NCBI RefSeq assembly: GCF_006345805.1
Contig: NC_043022.1
Location: 10,726,001-10,790,000, forward strand
Direction of reading: 5' to 3'
Origin: Octopus sinensis
Lineage: Eukaryota
DNA: 64,000 nt
The position numbers and the translations under genes were made by a program. Shown here in pieces: positions 1 through 13,929 of this stretch (its first letter is position 1; every line of letters begins with the position of its first letter). Below the pieces are notes generated by a model. That model saw only the letters and a program-made list of their open reading frames with translations. It had not been told where the DNA came from and did no database searches.

Positions 1-75
1 TAATCGACTAGTTCCACCCACCCACCCTACCACAAATTTCAGGCCTTGTGCCTATAGTAAAAAGGATTATCATTG

Positions 76-120
<45 letters not shown>

Positions 121-174
121 TTATTATTATTATTATTATCATCATCATTATTATTATAATTATTGTTATTAGTG

Positions 175-330
175 AAGGTGTGTGGGCAAGTGGTCAGGGT
201 GTTGCACTCATGATTGCTGGATTGTAGGTTCGATTCCTGGACCAAGCAGCATGTTGAGTTCTTCAGCAAAACACTTCCTTTCATGTTGGTCTGGATCACT
301 TTGACACCTGACATGTGGTATGTTGTGCAC
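175..330 (+). mobile_element. tRNA-derived SINE, decayed (family 4; another copy on the minus strand at about 53600-53775)
   Basis: A-box-like GTGGGCAAGTGG and B-box GGTTCGATTCC, followed by a CORE-like gagttcttcagcaaaacactt segment. Confidence 0.6.
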
Positions 331-464
331 CTGTCCCGGAGACATTGATCTGATGGAAGGAATGACCTAAGGTACCGCACAAACATTTCATCACTATAAA
401 CAACCCTTTTGTGCTGGTCATTCAACCAAAACTGAACACTCACATGGAGTCTTTGATGGGGGAT

Positions 465-1639
465 TCCACCACCACCACCACCACCACACATGCCACTATC
501 ATCGTCATTATTTTTATTTGTAGCAGTAGCAGCAGCAATAGTAGTGGTGGTGGTGGTGGTGGTGGTGGTGAAGGTGTAGGTGGTAGCAGTTATGGTGATA
601 GCGGCGGTAGTACTGGTTATAGTGATGATGGTGGTGGTAGTGTTAGTAGTAATAGTAGTAGTAGCAGTAGTAGAAGTAGTACTAATAGTGGTGGTGGTGG
701 TAATGAATATCAGTGATGGTATTTGCTTAATAAATTGTTGTAGCAGTAGAGTGATCACAGCTTCTCTCTCTCCCTCTCTCTCTCAATCACTCACACACAC
801 ACACACACACGACCAAACATACACATGCTCTCCACCTCTACCATCTCTCCCCCTTTTCTCTCTTCCCATCTCTCTCTCTCTCTCTCACATTTTCTCACTG
901 ACATGCACACATACACACACACACCTTCTCCTCCTCTTTACCTCAGTCATATGTACACATGCATACACTCCTTGCCTACAATCTTCCTCCTCCTCCTCTC
1001 TCTTTTTCTAACTCATACACACATATATATACACATACAACCAAACATACACACACTCCTTCTCCACCATCTCCCTCTCCTTCTCTCTCTCTCTCATTCA
1101 CTCATATGCACATATACACATGCAACCACCCACACATAAACACTCTTTATCCCCCCTACCATTCTCTTTCTCTTTCTCCATCTTTCTCTCTCTCTCTCTC
1201 CCTCCTTCGCTCCATCTCTCTTCACACACCATAACACAATTAGATAAACATATTGATTATTTTTCCACCATCATTCTGATCTCTCTACCAGCACTCCATA
1301 AACACACACACACACATACACACACACACATGTGCACACACACACATGCTCATATGCATAAATGCAAACACACACACAAACACATATATATATGCCCCCC
1401 CCCCACATATATGTATATATATATATATATATACGTACACATACCTGCACACAAGCAAATATGCAAGTATACACATGTATGCACACCCACCAACACACAT
1501 ATGTATATATGCATACATTTGCACATGAATGCAGACACACATTTGCACTCACGAACATATATATGCATACTTGCACAAGTGCACATACACACACATTTGC
1601 ACACCCTCACACAAGCATACATATGTGTATACACATACA

Positions 1640-1714
<75 letters not shown>

Positions 1715-2345
1715 CCAAGCACAAACATGCATATATACACACACCCATACCCAGACACATATATGCATACACACACATACACACAAACACATATACAAAC
1801 ATATGCATGCACACACACCCTAATGCATATGCATATGTGCACATAAATACATATGTACCCTCTACACACGCATATGCATGCACACACACACTCAAACACA
1901 AGCACACACATATGTGTACACACACACATATATGCACACACATGCATCTACAAACATATAGGCATTCATGCACGCATGCATGTACACACATATTCATACA
2001 CACACATATACACAAATACATGTACACTTATGCACACACATATACACATACATGCACATATGCACACCCACCATACAAACATATTCATATATGCATACAC
2101 ACACACACCAACACAAAAACAAATATGTGTGCACACACGCCCAAACACATATTTGCATACATGCATATATGCACATATATGCATACACACCCACACACAT
2201 GCATGTATGCAAACACATACACTAACACAAACACACATATGCGTGCACACACACACAAACACATATATGCATACATACATGTACGTAGATATATACACCC
2301 ACACCCACACATATGCATATATGCATATACACACACATATATAGA
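465..2345. repeat. Compound microsatellite and low-complexity tract: (GGT/AGT)n, (CT)n and about 1 kb of degenerate (CA)/(TA)/TGCA repeats
   Basis: Seen directly; it accounts for the Thr-, His- and Val-rich ORFs in the track. Confidence 0.95.
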
Positions 2346-2429
2346 CACATGCAAGGCCTTCATTTACAGCAGATGTACTGAAGTAATTTGCAGTAAGAGC
2401 ACCTATGAAATAAATTCTTTTGAATGCTC

Positions 2430-2760
2430 GGAGGTCTCCTTAGAAATAGTTGATAGCTTCTGTAACCTAGGTTACCGAATTAGGAGTGGAGGCAGGTGTT
2501 ACGAAAGCCATAGTTAGAATAGAGTGGGAAAAAAAAAAGTTCAAGCAGCTATTACCGCTGCTATTAACAAAGGGATTCATCTCTTTGAGTGAAGGACAGA
2601 TTGACGCATGCCTGCACAGTGCTTTAGTACAAGGTGGCAAATATGGGCATCGAATACAAGGGATGTACAAAGATTGGAAAGACCTGAAGCAAATGTTCTC
2701 GGTATGAGATGTAATGTTTTATGTGTATGGCTTGAATAATTGAACTTGAATTAGCTGAGA
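2430..2760 (+). pseudogene. Old RTE-clade LINE reverse transcriptase fragment
   Basis: EIVDSFCNLGYRIRSGGRCYES and IVRIEW..KFKQLLPLLLTKG align by eye with EVVDSFRYLGDQVSSGGGCAES..VRIAWAKFRELLPLLVTKG of the RTE ORF at 44822-46054; frameshifted. Confidence 0.8.
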
Positions 2761-2860
2761 GAACAAATTGATGTAATAGGGGAGTCGGATATAGATACCC
2801 TCCTATCTGTTATAGGAGATACAAGCACTTTCACACACTTGCATACCACATGACGAGAAC

Positions 2861-3282
2861 TTCTTATTTCTTTATTGCCTACAAGGGGCTAATCATAGAG
2901 AGCACAAACAAGGACATACAAAGGAATTAAGTCGATTATATCAAACCTAGTGCATAACTGGTACTTAATTTATCGACCCCGAAAGGATGAAAGGCAAAGT
3001 TGACCTCGGCGGAATTTAAACTCAGAATGTAACGGCAGATTAAATACCTATTTCTTTACTACCCACAAGGGGCTAAATGCAGAGAGGACAAACAAGGACA
3101 GACAAACGGATTAAGTCGATTATATCGATCCCAGTGCGTAACTGGTACTTATTTAATCGATCCCAAAAGGATGAAAGGCAAAGTAGATCTCAGCGGAATT
3201 TGAACTCAGAATGTAACGGCAGACGAAATACCGCTAAGCATTTCGCCCAGTTTGCTAATGTTTCTGCCAGCTCACCACCTTT
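2861..3282 (-). mobile_element. Dimeric tRNA-derived SINE (family 2) with TSD
   Basis: Head aaggtggtgagctggcagaaac..gttcaaattcc, core gcctttcatcctttcggggtcgat..aagtaccag present twice; flanked by tgacgagaacttct (2851-2864) and tgatgagaacttct (3282-3295). Confidence 0.85.
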
Positions 3283-3703
3283 GATGAGAACTTCTGCTTA
3301 CCAAATTCAATCACAAGGCCTCAGGTGGCCTGAGGCTATAGCGGAAGACACTTTCCCAAGCTGCCATGTGGTGGAACTGAACCTGAAACCATGTGAATGA
3401 GAAGCAAGCTTCCTAACCACACAGCTATGCCTGCAACTAGTGTGCAGAACAAAAGATTATGTTGGTAAAAAGTGAAAAGCAATCCACGTGGAAAGAACCT
3501 GTGGAATAGGACTTACATAGAAGAGAAAGAGGACCTGCCTCCACCCCCACATGCATACACACACACACACACACACACACACCACACATATATATATATA
3601 TACACACACACTGAGTGTTCACTCAAGAACTAAGGTAAAGACAGACATACAGACAGGCAGGCAGATAGACAGATAGATATTTACATCTCAGTATTGCCAA
3701 AGA

Positions 3704-3891
3704 GGTGCAGGTGTGGGTGTTGTAAGAAGTTTGCTTCTCAACCACATGGTTCCAAGTTCAATCCCATTGTGTAGCACCTTGGGCAAGCGTCTTCTACTAT
3801 AGCCTCGGGCTGACCAAAGTCTTGTGGGTGGATTTGGTAGATGGAAACTGAAAGAAGCCAGTCATTATATATATGTGTGTCCGTGCATATA

Positions 3892-3927
<36 letters not shown>

Positions 3928-4722
3928 TGTATGTCTGTATGTATGTTATGTCAGGTCACTTTCGAGTGCTACTGGTAACATGTAACCCAGTACAACCTGT
4001 TGCATGGTCGGGTTGTCGGCGACTAAACCGGCAACCCCACCAAGCTTGCTTGGTGAGGAGGGTGTTTATTGGATACTCTGCGGGATGAAAAACAAAACCA
4101 GTCAAAGGGTGAAGGAACTTTTGAGAGTCAACAGCCATCCAATAAATGTCTTAAGGCTGTATCATGCGCGGGGACATAGAAATAATTGGACTGAATACCC
4201 GGTCGCGCGGTTAAACCATTGGGAGTGAAGGACTCCTAAACTTTGATAGGGCATCTTCCTATGAGAAGGTAACTCGGGTAACTGGGATAACTCCGACGTA
4301 AAACCTGCGGCTCAGTGGTTACTGATGATGTTGACTTGTTCTTCTTTTCGGATTATGGCTGCTGTTGCTTAGTGAGTGGGATTGACTCAGTGCACAGCCT
4401 TTCCTCACTTTAAAAAAATCTTCTTGCACAGGCATTGCACAATAGCAACATTGATTAAGCTTCGTGCAATGGCCATACTCGATAATGAGGGGTCAGCCAC
4501 CATGTATGTATGTATGTATCTGTGTGGGTGTGTCTTTGTGTCTGTGTTTGTCCCTCGACCACTGCTTGATGTGACTTAACAGTTTTGCAAAAGAAATCAA
4601 TAGAATAAGTACCAGGCTTTTAAGAAACCAGTACTGGGGTTAATAAATTCAACAAAAAAAATTCTTCAAGGTGGTGCCCCAGCATGGCCACAGTCTAATG
4701 ACTGAGAGAAGTAAAAGATAAA
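3704..4722 (+). mobile_element. CORE-type tRNA-derived SINE (family 1, OR2-like) split by a nested insertion at about 3950-4515
   Basis: Head ggtgcaggtgtgggtgttgtaagaag, CORE-like caccttgggcaagcgtctt, internal microsatellite, tail ..ccagcatggccacagtctaatgactgagagaagtaaaag. Confidence 0.8.
3950..4515 (+). mobile_element. Short non-autonomous RTE-derived retroelement with (ATGT)n tail
   Basis: CpG-rich 560-bp insert in the SINE's (ATGT)n tract. It has RTE-5'UTR-like motifs (cacc..ggtgaggaggg; ggcatcttcctatgagaaggtaactc) and ends ggggtcagccacc(atgt)n. No RT ORF. Confidence 0.55.
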
Positions 4723-4739
4723 AGATGTATGATGTATGC

Positions 4740-4773
<34 letters not shown>

Positions 4774-4779
4774 TATATA

Positions 4780-4822
<43 letters not shown>

Positions 4823-4825
<3 letters not shown>

Positions 4826-5128
4826 AGGTGCAATGGCCCAGTGGTTAGGGCAGTGGACTCACGGTCGTAGGATCGCGGTTTCGTTTCCAAGACCAGGCGA
4901 TGTGAGTGTTTATTGAGCGAAAACACCTAAAGCTCCATGAGGCTCTGGCAGGGGGTGGTGGCGGTCCCTGCTGTACTCTTTCACCACAACCTTCTCTCAT
5001 TCTTTCTTCTGTTGGCCTGCTCACTTAGCCAGCGGGGTGGCATCATTTGAACGCTAAAACAATGCAAAGCGCATTGTGACCAGCAATGTGTAGCAACATC
5101 TGATAGCCTGGTCAGTCACGGTCACGGT
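4823..5128 (+). mobile_element. tRNA-derived SINE (family 3), tail variant 1
   Basis: ggaggtgcaatggcccagtggttagggcagtggactc..ggtttcgtttcc (A and B boxes); first about 190 nt match 35620-35810. Confidence 0.8.
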
Positions 5129-5369
5129 GATATATATATATATATATACACATATATATATACATATACTAGCAGAGATACCTGGCGTTGCCCGGTTACA
5201 TTCAATTGAAGAATTAGACTTTTCTGTTATATATATATATATGGATACACACACACACACACACACATATATGTACACACACATATATGTATATTAATAT
5301 AAATACATGAAAGTACATGAAGTTTGTTAAAAAAAAAGGGATCATGTATATACCTCCTGGCTGTTGAGA

Positions 5370-5835
5370 TTATAACACCTCGTTGTGAACAATGTTCCTT
5401 GTTTTTCCTTGTGGAGCATATACAAAAAGGTTTCTTTTGGTTCCTACTCTTGAGCAGCCAACATACAGTTGCCCATGTGAGAAGCAGGGCTCTTCCAAGA
5501 GAAGACCAGCTACAGAGAGGGTTTGACCCTGAGATTTGTTAATGGACATGGCAAAGCTGACACGAAGGGGGAATTGCAGTCTTCTGAATGTAAATGGAAT
5601 TTCTGCTCCTGATGGAGTAAGAGGAAATCTTGGAATAAAGACGTCATCAGCTTTTCCACATCCAGAAAGAATGATTGCCTTGATAACGTGTGACATCATT
5701 TTCTTTATCACCAGTCGTGTTCCATTGCAAAGTCTTGGTGGTTCCAGATTGCGGAGTAGCATTACAGGAGTTCCAACTTTAAGTGCTAATATGTGTGGAG
5801 GTAGTCCAGGAGGCTCCAGTGAATTGAGAAATTCC
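5370..5835 (-). pseudogene. Helitron RepHel C-terminal PIF1-family helicase fragment
   Basis: [82 protein letters not shown]; lies about 200 bp from the Helitron 3' hairpin. The ORF-track N-terminus (5836-5999) is microsatellite. Confidence 0.92.
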
Positions 5836-6399
5836 ACCACCACCACCACCGTCACCACCACCACCACCAACAACAACAACAATGACAACAGCAACGATAT
5901 CGTCGTTTTGCCGTCTACCATAACTGCCAACAACAACACCACTACTACAACTTCAACCACTATAAGTGACACCAACACTACCACCAAAAACAAATCCAAT
6001 TTTGCACAAGTATTAAAAATAAAAAAAAGACAATACTAAACTTCAAAAGTTTGTGTTCGGATAATATTTTTTATGTAAAAGTTGTGCAAATTCTTTGCAC
6101 GGGAAACTTTCCCTGTGTGACGTGTTTCCCGGTTTTGTAAATTTGCTTTCGGCTTTCTTAGCCATTTCTGTTTTGGCGTCTTCAAGCCATGAAGTCGTTG
6201 TTCTTAAAGAACGCTGGTCTCCTTGACAATGCTTACGATGTTGATTTCCTACCCTGCCTTCCCCATAGCTTCATGAAGGAGGGGAGGAACGACACAGGTG
6301 CAGGTGCGAGCATGGACACCAACACACGAAAAAATTGGAAGAACCCAGACGACAGCTTCACAGTCAACCACTACAACGGACAACTCTGCCACAAACACC

Positions 6400-6820
6400 A
6401 CCACCATCACCATGACGACAAACCACCACCACCACCACCACTACCACTACCACCATGACCACCACCACCATGACCACCACCACCACCACCATCACCACTA
6501 CCACCATGACCACCACCACCACTACCACCATGACCACCACCATGACCACCACCACCACCACCACGAAGACCACCATGACCACCACTACCACCGTCACCAC
6601 CACCATCACTACCACCAGCACCACCACTACCACCACAACCACCATCATCACCACCACCATCACCACCATCACCACCACCACCATCACCACCACCACTACC
6701 ACCACCACATCCACTACCACCACGACCACCACGACAACCACCATCACCACTACCAACACCATCACCACCACCACCACCACCACCACCACCACCATTACCA
6801 CCACCGTCACCACCACAGTG
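6400..6820. repeat. (CAC/CAT)n degenerate trinucleotide microsatellite
   Basis: Seen directly; source of the poly-His, poly-Thr and poly-Val ORFs. Confidence 0.95.
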
Positions 6821-6991
6821 TCTCGCTTTGCAATTGTATGCCAGACTTGTTTGGAGACGTCTTGGCAGCAGTGTACTGCAACTGGCAGCAGAACGGAAGC
6901 ATACCCGGTTTTGTGAGTTTGGATAATATTTGGCACAGATGAAAGACGAAGCCACCTTGAACATGATCCTATGAACCGTAAAAATATTAAA

Positions 6992-7375
6992 TTGGCTGTG
7001 TGGTAACCACATGGTTCTGGGTTCAGTCCCACTGCGTGGCACCTTGGGTAAGTGTCTTCTACTATAGCCTCGGGCCGACCAAAGCCTTGTGAGTGGATTT
7101 GGTAGACGGAAACTGAAAGAAGCCCGTCATATATATGTATATATATATATGCATGTTTGTGTTTGTGTGCCTGTGTTTGTCCCCCTAGCATTGCTTGACA
7201 ACCGATGCTTGTGTGTTTATGTCCCCGTTACTTAGTGGTTTGGCAAAAGAGACCGATAGAATAAGTACTGGGCTTATAAAAGAATAAGTCCGGGGTCGAG
7301 TTGCTTGATTAAAGGTGGTGCTCCAGCATGGCTGCAGTCAAATGACTGAAACAAGTAAAAGAGTAAAAGAGTACA
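6992..7375 (+). mobile_element. Family 1 CORE-type SINE, near full length, nested in the Helitron
   Basis: tggctgtgtggtaa..ggttcagtcccactgcgtggcaccttggg..aaagaagcccgtc..ccagcatggctgcagtcaaatgactgaaacaagtaaaagag. Confidence 0.9.
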
Positions 7376-7666
7376 GAGAGTTACTTATTTGTAAATATAA
7401 ATTAATATGTGACGTAATTGCCCGAGGTTACTGTGGTCTTTTCGTAGGTTTTTCTTGTTCTGTTTCGACATTTTTTGCTTATATTCCCAACGATTTTGAT
7501 CCATTTTGATCGTTGTTCCCCCACTTTTTTCGCACCCCCCTTGAAAAGAAAAGCTCTACATTGTAATTGTCCCCTCAGTGTTTAGCCCTGTGTGGCTAAT
7601 GAAGAAATTATCTATCTATCTATCTATCTATCTCTGTGTCTGCTTTTCTATCTGGCTATCCATCTG

Positions 7667-7733
<67 letters not shown>

Positions 7734-7943
7734 TTCTCTTTGTCTGCCTTTCTATCTGTCTATCTATCTATCAATCGATCTATCTATCTATTTATCTATC
7801 TATTTATCTACCTATCTGTCTGTCTGTCTGTCTAACTGTCTGTTTTCTCTCTCTCTATCTATTTATCTATCTAACTATCTGTTTATCTATCTGATAGCTA
7901 GTTAACTGGCTAGATAGATAGACAGATAGACAGACAGACAGAC

Positions 7944-7997
<54 letters not shown>

Positions 7998-8069
7998 ATA
8001 GACAGACAGACAGACAGATTGATAGATAGATAAACAGACCAATGAACAAAAATAAATGAAAAGATAAAT

Positions 8070-8800
8070 AAATACACAGGCAAGCTGTTGAAAGGTGGGG
8101 GTGTCGTTGGTGAATTGTAAAGCCAAAGATGCGCCAGAAAGCCTCATTGCTACTTATGTACCGTCCCACCTGATAATGCGTCATCTCATCCTGGCAGTAT
8201 TCTTGTTGAAGTCCAAACATTGCAGCATCAGAATCCTTGTTTACATATTTGCAAACGTACTTGATGGATTTAACGGAGTTGCAAAACTCAACGTTGATGT
8301 GGGCATTGAAAGTCTTTGACAGGAGTGGGCAGTATGGAACAATTCATCTATTATCAATATCGTGCTGTCCGATAGTTGCTGTGAAACCTCCATCTTCTGG
8401 TTTTCTGCGTCTGTATGATGGATACCCATCAGCACCTGCCTGAGTTTCTTGTAGGAACCTCCTTGGAAATCTTTTTGAACATATGCTGTCCTTCAAGCAT
8501 GGTGTGTTTATGTTGAATCCACGCCCACATGGATCATGTACCATGTTTGCTTTAAGTATTTCGTATAGTTCTTTGTCTAAAGGTGGATCAGGAAGCTCTG
8601 CAGAGATTATCTTGTCGATGTCACTGGAATTGATCTTCACTGAGAGCCAAAGCAGGATATGAGCATGTGGAAGGCCCCTTTTTTGCCACTCGATTGTGTA
8701 CATGTCACATTGTATGGGCCCAAAGACTTGCCCTTTTTGTATGAGCTCCATGAGAGAGATTAACTTCAGATGGAAAACTCGGGCGTTGAGATTCCGGTTC
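8070..8800 (-). pseudogene. Helitron Rep (HUH endonuclease) fragment with an in-frame stop
   Basis: ARVFHLKL..YTIEWQKRGLPHAHILLW (HUH motif)..MVHDPCG..CSKRFP..YPSYRRR..DNR*IVPYCPLLSKTFNAHINVEFCNSVKSIKYVCKYVNK (Y2 motif)..GRYISSNEAFWRIFGF; TGG to TGA near 8344. Confidence 0.93.
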
Positions 8801-10081
8801 AAATGTAAGGCAGGTTTGAAAGTGTTCCCAACAGTTATTGGTTGTAGTGGTAGAGTGTTTATGCCAAATATGTACGTATGCATGTATCTATATGTATGTA
8901 TGCCTGTATATATGTACAAAATCCACTGAGAAGGCTTTTGTTGGTCTGAGGCTACAGCAGAAGACACATGCCAAGTCACCACACAGTGGGATTGAACCCA
9001 GGACCATGTGTTTGGAACGTAGTTTGTTACTACACAGCCACACCTGCCCCTATGTATGTGTGTGTGTGTGCGTATGTGTGTATGGGTAGATATATTATGC
9101 ATGTATATATGTATTTATATATGTGTACATATTACATGTACATCTATATATAGACATCTACACATAAAATACAAAATACAAAGTTATATCTTGATATCGC
9201 TAGTGATAACAATACTCAAAATGTATAACAGACTGAAATTGTAGGCCCGTCTCTTGCAATTTCGATCAATTGGATCTTGTCCTCCCTCTTGTATAGAAGT
9301 GTATGGCTGCAGCGAAATTCATTTTTGGAATTTCTTCTATCGAAGGCATTTTAACAAAAATGCTTCTGTAAAGACTGTGAAAATATTGTCAATTTTCCCA
9401 AACAGGGACACAATTCAATTTTTAAACAATAACCAAAGCCCCTTCTCCGAAAGAGGGAGGGTTATGGTTTACAATTATTTAACAAATGCAACACAACAAC
9501 GTTTCCCTGACGAGGAACCAACAAACGTGATTACAATAGTCAAACAGTAATAATAATAACAACAAACCTTTTTAATGTTTCCCCATTTATGTGAAACCAC
9601 TTATTCAAGTTCAAGTCATTGATACAATTTTATACGAATTGCTAATACACACACACATAATAAGGGTGAAAAATTGAATATCAATTTGATTAATATGAAT
9701 TGAAAACCAGTGGTGTAGCATATCAGACCATAGCGGATCTTCTTCTAGCAAAAAGGATGACCACTATTAATGGTTCATCCCTGTTATATAATACTTTCAT
9801 TTTAATAGTTTCAGTATTAAAATGAAAGTGTCTGCATTACAATAGAGAGATGTTTTTGTTTCACTTTTAACACGTAATACTGAAATAGTGGAGAAGATAT
9901 GATATTGCTGTGGGGTTGCCCTAGGGAAAAAGTTAACATTTTTTGCCGATGACACTCCCTGGACCTTAAGTAAGGCATGTGTAAAATTTGAATGAAATTG
10001 GTTGTGTAGTTCTCAAGTTTTAGGGAAACACACAGACAGACAGACAAACAGACAGACACACATTCTCATTTTTATATATAG

Positions 10082-10187
<106 letters not shown>

Positions 10188-10199
10188 GATACATACTAC

Positions 10200-10289
<90 letters not shown>

Positions 10290-10394
10290 ATTCTAATCAA
10301 GGAGAAAATCTATATAGGATTTTATCAAGTAGCTAGCATGTAAAAACCAATTAAGGTAAAAATTAATACAAAGTATTAATGTGTGTGTGTACTG

Positions 10395-10451
<57 letters not shown>

Positions 10452-10465
10452 ATAGTGTGTACATA

Positions 10466-10501
<36 letters not shown>

Positions 10502-11063
10502 TGTATGTATGCATGTATGTATGTATGTATAAGGCTTAGAAAAACTGAAGGAGTGCTGCAATAAGTGTGTGAATCTGAGATAGGGAATATGTTGAATAAA
10601 ATCCTAATTAACAGATTCTCCTGTAGTTTCTTTTATCCAAAGTTAGGGACTTTTCAGCACCCCCTTGTGTGTGTCTGTGTGTGTGATGGTAAGAAACTCT
10701 CAAGAGAGCTGAACAGCAGAAGCTCTTCAGAGAAGACCCCCTCCCTGCCACCCCAAGCAAGTTATTCAGCCCTTGACTTTTTTTACACTACAAGGGGTCT
10801 GGGTCGTATATGGGTTATGACTTCTTGTTGCCCTTCTGCTGACAATTTTTAGCCTCTTACATATCGGAGACTAGTGCATTTAAACCACTTGGCTATAAAT
10901 GGTCAGTTTTATAATAAAGCATTTGCTGCAAAGTATATTTAAAGGGATTAATTGAATAAACCACCCCTTCATCATTTAATATAGAATAAAATATCCAGAT
11001 AATTGCATATATATATATTTATATATGTATGTATATATATACATATATATATATATTATATAT

Positions 11064-11095
<32 letters not shown>

Positions 11096-11181
11096 GTGTG
11101 TGTGGGTGTATGCATATATATATATCTCTTACATATATATATATGAATATATTTATATACATACATATATAATATATATAT

Positions 11182-11227
<46 letters not shown>

Positions 11228-11671
11228 CATATATATACAATTTATACATGAGTTACTTCAGCTTATAATGTGCATATCTACTCAGTATTCAGCTGACTAA
11301 ATGACCCCCATAGTGGTTTTTAACGAATTACGGGCATTGTAAGAGAATCATAATCACTAATTGCCTTTGATGCACATGTCAGTGGTATGGAAAAACAGAG
11401 AGAGGGAGAAAGATTGAAAGAGGGGGAGAGAGAGAGAGGGAGGGAGAAACAAAAGAAAAAAAGGGAGACAAGGGACATATTACCAATGTATAAAATTGTA
11501 ACCCACTTATAAGTTGTATGTATATACATATATATGTGTGTGTGTATGTGTGTGTGTATGTATATATATATATATACACATACATAAACATATATATATA
11601 TTATATATGTATATATATATATATATATACACACACGTATACATGCACACACACACACATGCACGCACGCA

Positions 11672-11713
<42 letters not shown>

Positions 11714-12064
11714 TATATGTATATTTTGTTATTCATTAGGTGATGGAGTGGAATTTTATTCAATTAATCTCCCTGTAAATATAGTTTGCTGCAAGTTCTT
11801 AAGTATAAAACAGTGTAATGATAATAATAATAATAATAAATAATAATAATGATAATAATAATTCTACTATATGCATGAGGCCAGCAGTTTTATAGGGAGT
11901 GGGTAAATTGATTTCATTGACCTCAATGGTCAACTGGTGCATGTTTCATCGACCCTAAGCAGATGAAAGGCAAAGTAGAATTGGAACTGAGAAATGCAAA
12001 GAGCCAGAAGAGATGCCACAAAGTATTCTGCCTGATGCCTCAACAAATTGGCCTGCTCACCTCC

Positions 12065-12116
<52 letters not shown>

Positions 12117-12240
12117 TTATAATAATAATGATTATAATAATAATGATTATAATAATAATGATAACAATAATAATTTCTTTTATTGGCCACAAGGGCCCAA
12201 GACATGGAGGACAATATCGAAGGACGAGGTACAGCACACA

Positions 12241-12292
<52 letters not shown>

Positions 12293-12294
12293 CA

Positions 12295-12345
<51 letters not shown>

Positions 12346-12479
12346 ACATACTCACGCATGCACACACACACACACAAAAAGGAACTTCAAAAACGTGTGG
12401 CGTTAACATCAATTAAAAGGAGATACTACCACATTAAAAGATATAACAGAGGATTTATAATAAAAAGTAGGGAAATAAG

Positions 12480-12780
12480 TAATAAATAAATAAATAAATA
12501 AATAAATAGAATCCCCAATAGCAGAGCAGTCCACTTAAGGTAATCTGGGGTAGCCAACACAAAAATCCTGGCTTACTCTGCCATCCCCAAGCCATGGGAA
12601 AGTGCCCTCTTCCAGTTTCTTTCCTCCTGCTTAGAAAAGCTTATTCAGAGTAAACCCATTCAGTTTCACCAGACTTGCCACTGTTGACCACCTTTTGATA
12701 AGCACACCAGAAGGCAGCCCCTCCCTCTCTGCCCGAACCTTCCTCTTCAAATGATATTTGAAGAAACTGATGAGGGCTTG
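12480..12780 (-). mobile_element. 3' end of an L1/Tx1-like LINE, decayed
   Basis: Minus-strand FFKYHLKRKVRAER..KRWSTVASLV resembles Tx1/L1 ORF2 C-termini; (TTTA)n tail at 12480-12510. Recognised from memory. Confidence 0.45.
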
Positions 12781-13925
12781 ATCAGATAGGAAAGTGCCTA
12801 TCTTGATATAATGAAATTATTGTATACAGTGCTCAGGTGCACCACAACTTGTCAGAAAGTGCATATAAAGTACATGCAGTAATGTAGAAATGCCTGGAAA
12901 GCGAACAATGTATGAGTCAGATACATGCTTGTGTGTGTATGGAGGGGAGAAAATCAAGTGTAGTGTTGGCGAATCTCAGGAAGCATGGAAGTTTTGAAGG
13001 ATGCAGTGCTCCGACAACTAACAACTGATGCCGGCAGTTTGTTCCATGCTTCAGCAACTCTCAGCGTGAAAAAATGTTTCCTGAAGTCATGGGAGCTGTG
13101 CTGTTTTCTTACTTTGTAAATATGTCCACGGGTGTTAGATGGGTGGAGTTTGAAAAGGTGCTCAGAGTTATTGTTTGTACGATGGTTGATAATTTTATAG
13201 GTGTCTGCCAAGTCAGCTGCCAGACGTCGGAGTTTCAATGTGTCCATGCCAGGGAAGTAAGGCGTTCAGGATATGGCAAATGCTTGATGGAGGGTATTCT
13301 TTTGGTTGCACGCCGCTGAACAGCTTCCAGACGATTGATATCCTGGCAAGATAAGATAGGGGTTCCAGACCGGTGATGCAAATTCCAGGTGAGGTCTTAC
13401 CATAGCTATATAAAGCCGCAGATAGATAGCCGGGGAGCGGCTCACAAGGATTTGGTGAGTGATGCCAAGACAACCCTCAGCCTTCTTGACAACTTTAGCG
13501 ATGTGTTTTGTCCAACGCAAATCACTGTCGACAATAACACCCAGGTCACATTCACATGAAGACTTTTTGAGACTAGTGTTGTGGAGGGAGTAGGTGGACG
13601 CTGGGTTTTTCCTCCCAAAATGCATGGTGGTACATTTGTCCACAGCCAGCTTGAGTTGCCAGTCCACGATCCACTGCTGCATTGTGTCCAGGTCTGCTTG
13701 CAATAGAGATCTATAGTGTACAGGATTTGACCTCTTTATTTCGAGGTACAGCTTGATGTCATCTGCATATTTCAGCACTGTGGCATTCTTTAAGTTGGCA
13801 TCTATGTCATTAACATATGCAACAAATAAAAGGGGGCCAAGAACAGATCCCTGTGGTACACCAGATGTCATCTCATAGGGCGAAGAGTGCTGTCCTAGAA
13901 CTGTGACAACCTCTTTTCGGCTGAA
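12780..13925 (-). mobile_element. 5'-truncated CR1-group LINE (RT C-terminal half and 3' UTR), frameshifted
   Basis: SGVPQGSVLGPLLF..KYADDIKLY..KCTTMHFGRKNP..DLGVIVDSDLRW..MVRPHLEFASPVWNPY; then DLADTYKII..TRGHIYKVRK..RKHFFTLRVAEAWNKLP. Confidence 0.92.
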
Positions 13926-13929
13926 ACCT

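Noticed and set aside
175-250. tRNA genes at the SINE heads
   Set aside because: They have only A- and B-box similarity, lack a full cloverleaf, and run into SINE bodies.
39-2517. Long ORFs (239, 465 aa and others) rich in Thr, His or Val
   Set aside because: They are translations of microsatellites, open in several frames and on both strands, with no domain content.
5370-5999. PIF1 helicase as a host gene
   Set aside because: Only the C-terminal part is present, the N-terminus is microsatellite, and it lies inside Helitron termini downstream of a Rep fragment.
6298-7191. Poly-His, poly-Thr, poly-Val and poly-Gly ORFs as structural proteins
   Set aside because: All arise from one (CAC/CAT)n tract, and the minus-strand ORFs start inside a SINE.
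12760-12805. CTGATGA..GAAA motif in the CR1 3' UTR as a hammerhead
   Set aside because: There is no stem II between the motifs, and the GAAA lies in the loop of an unrelated GATAGG/CCTATC hairpin.
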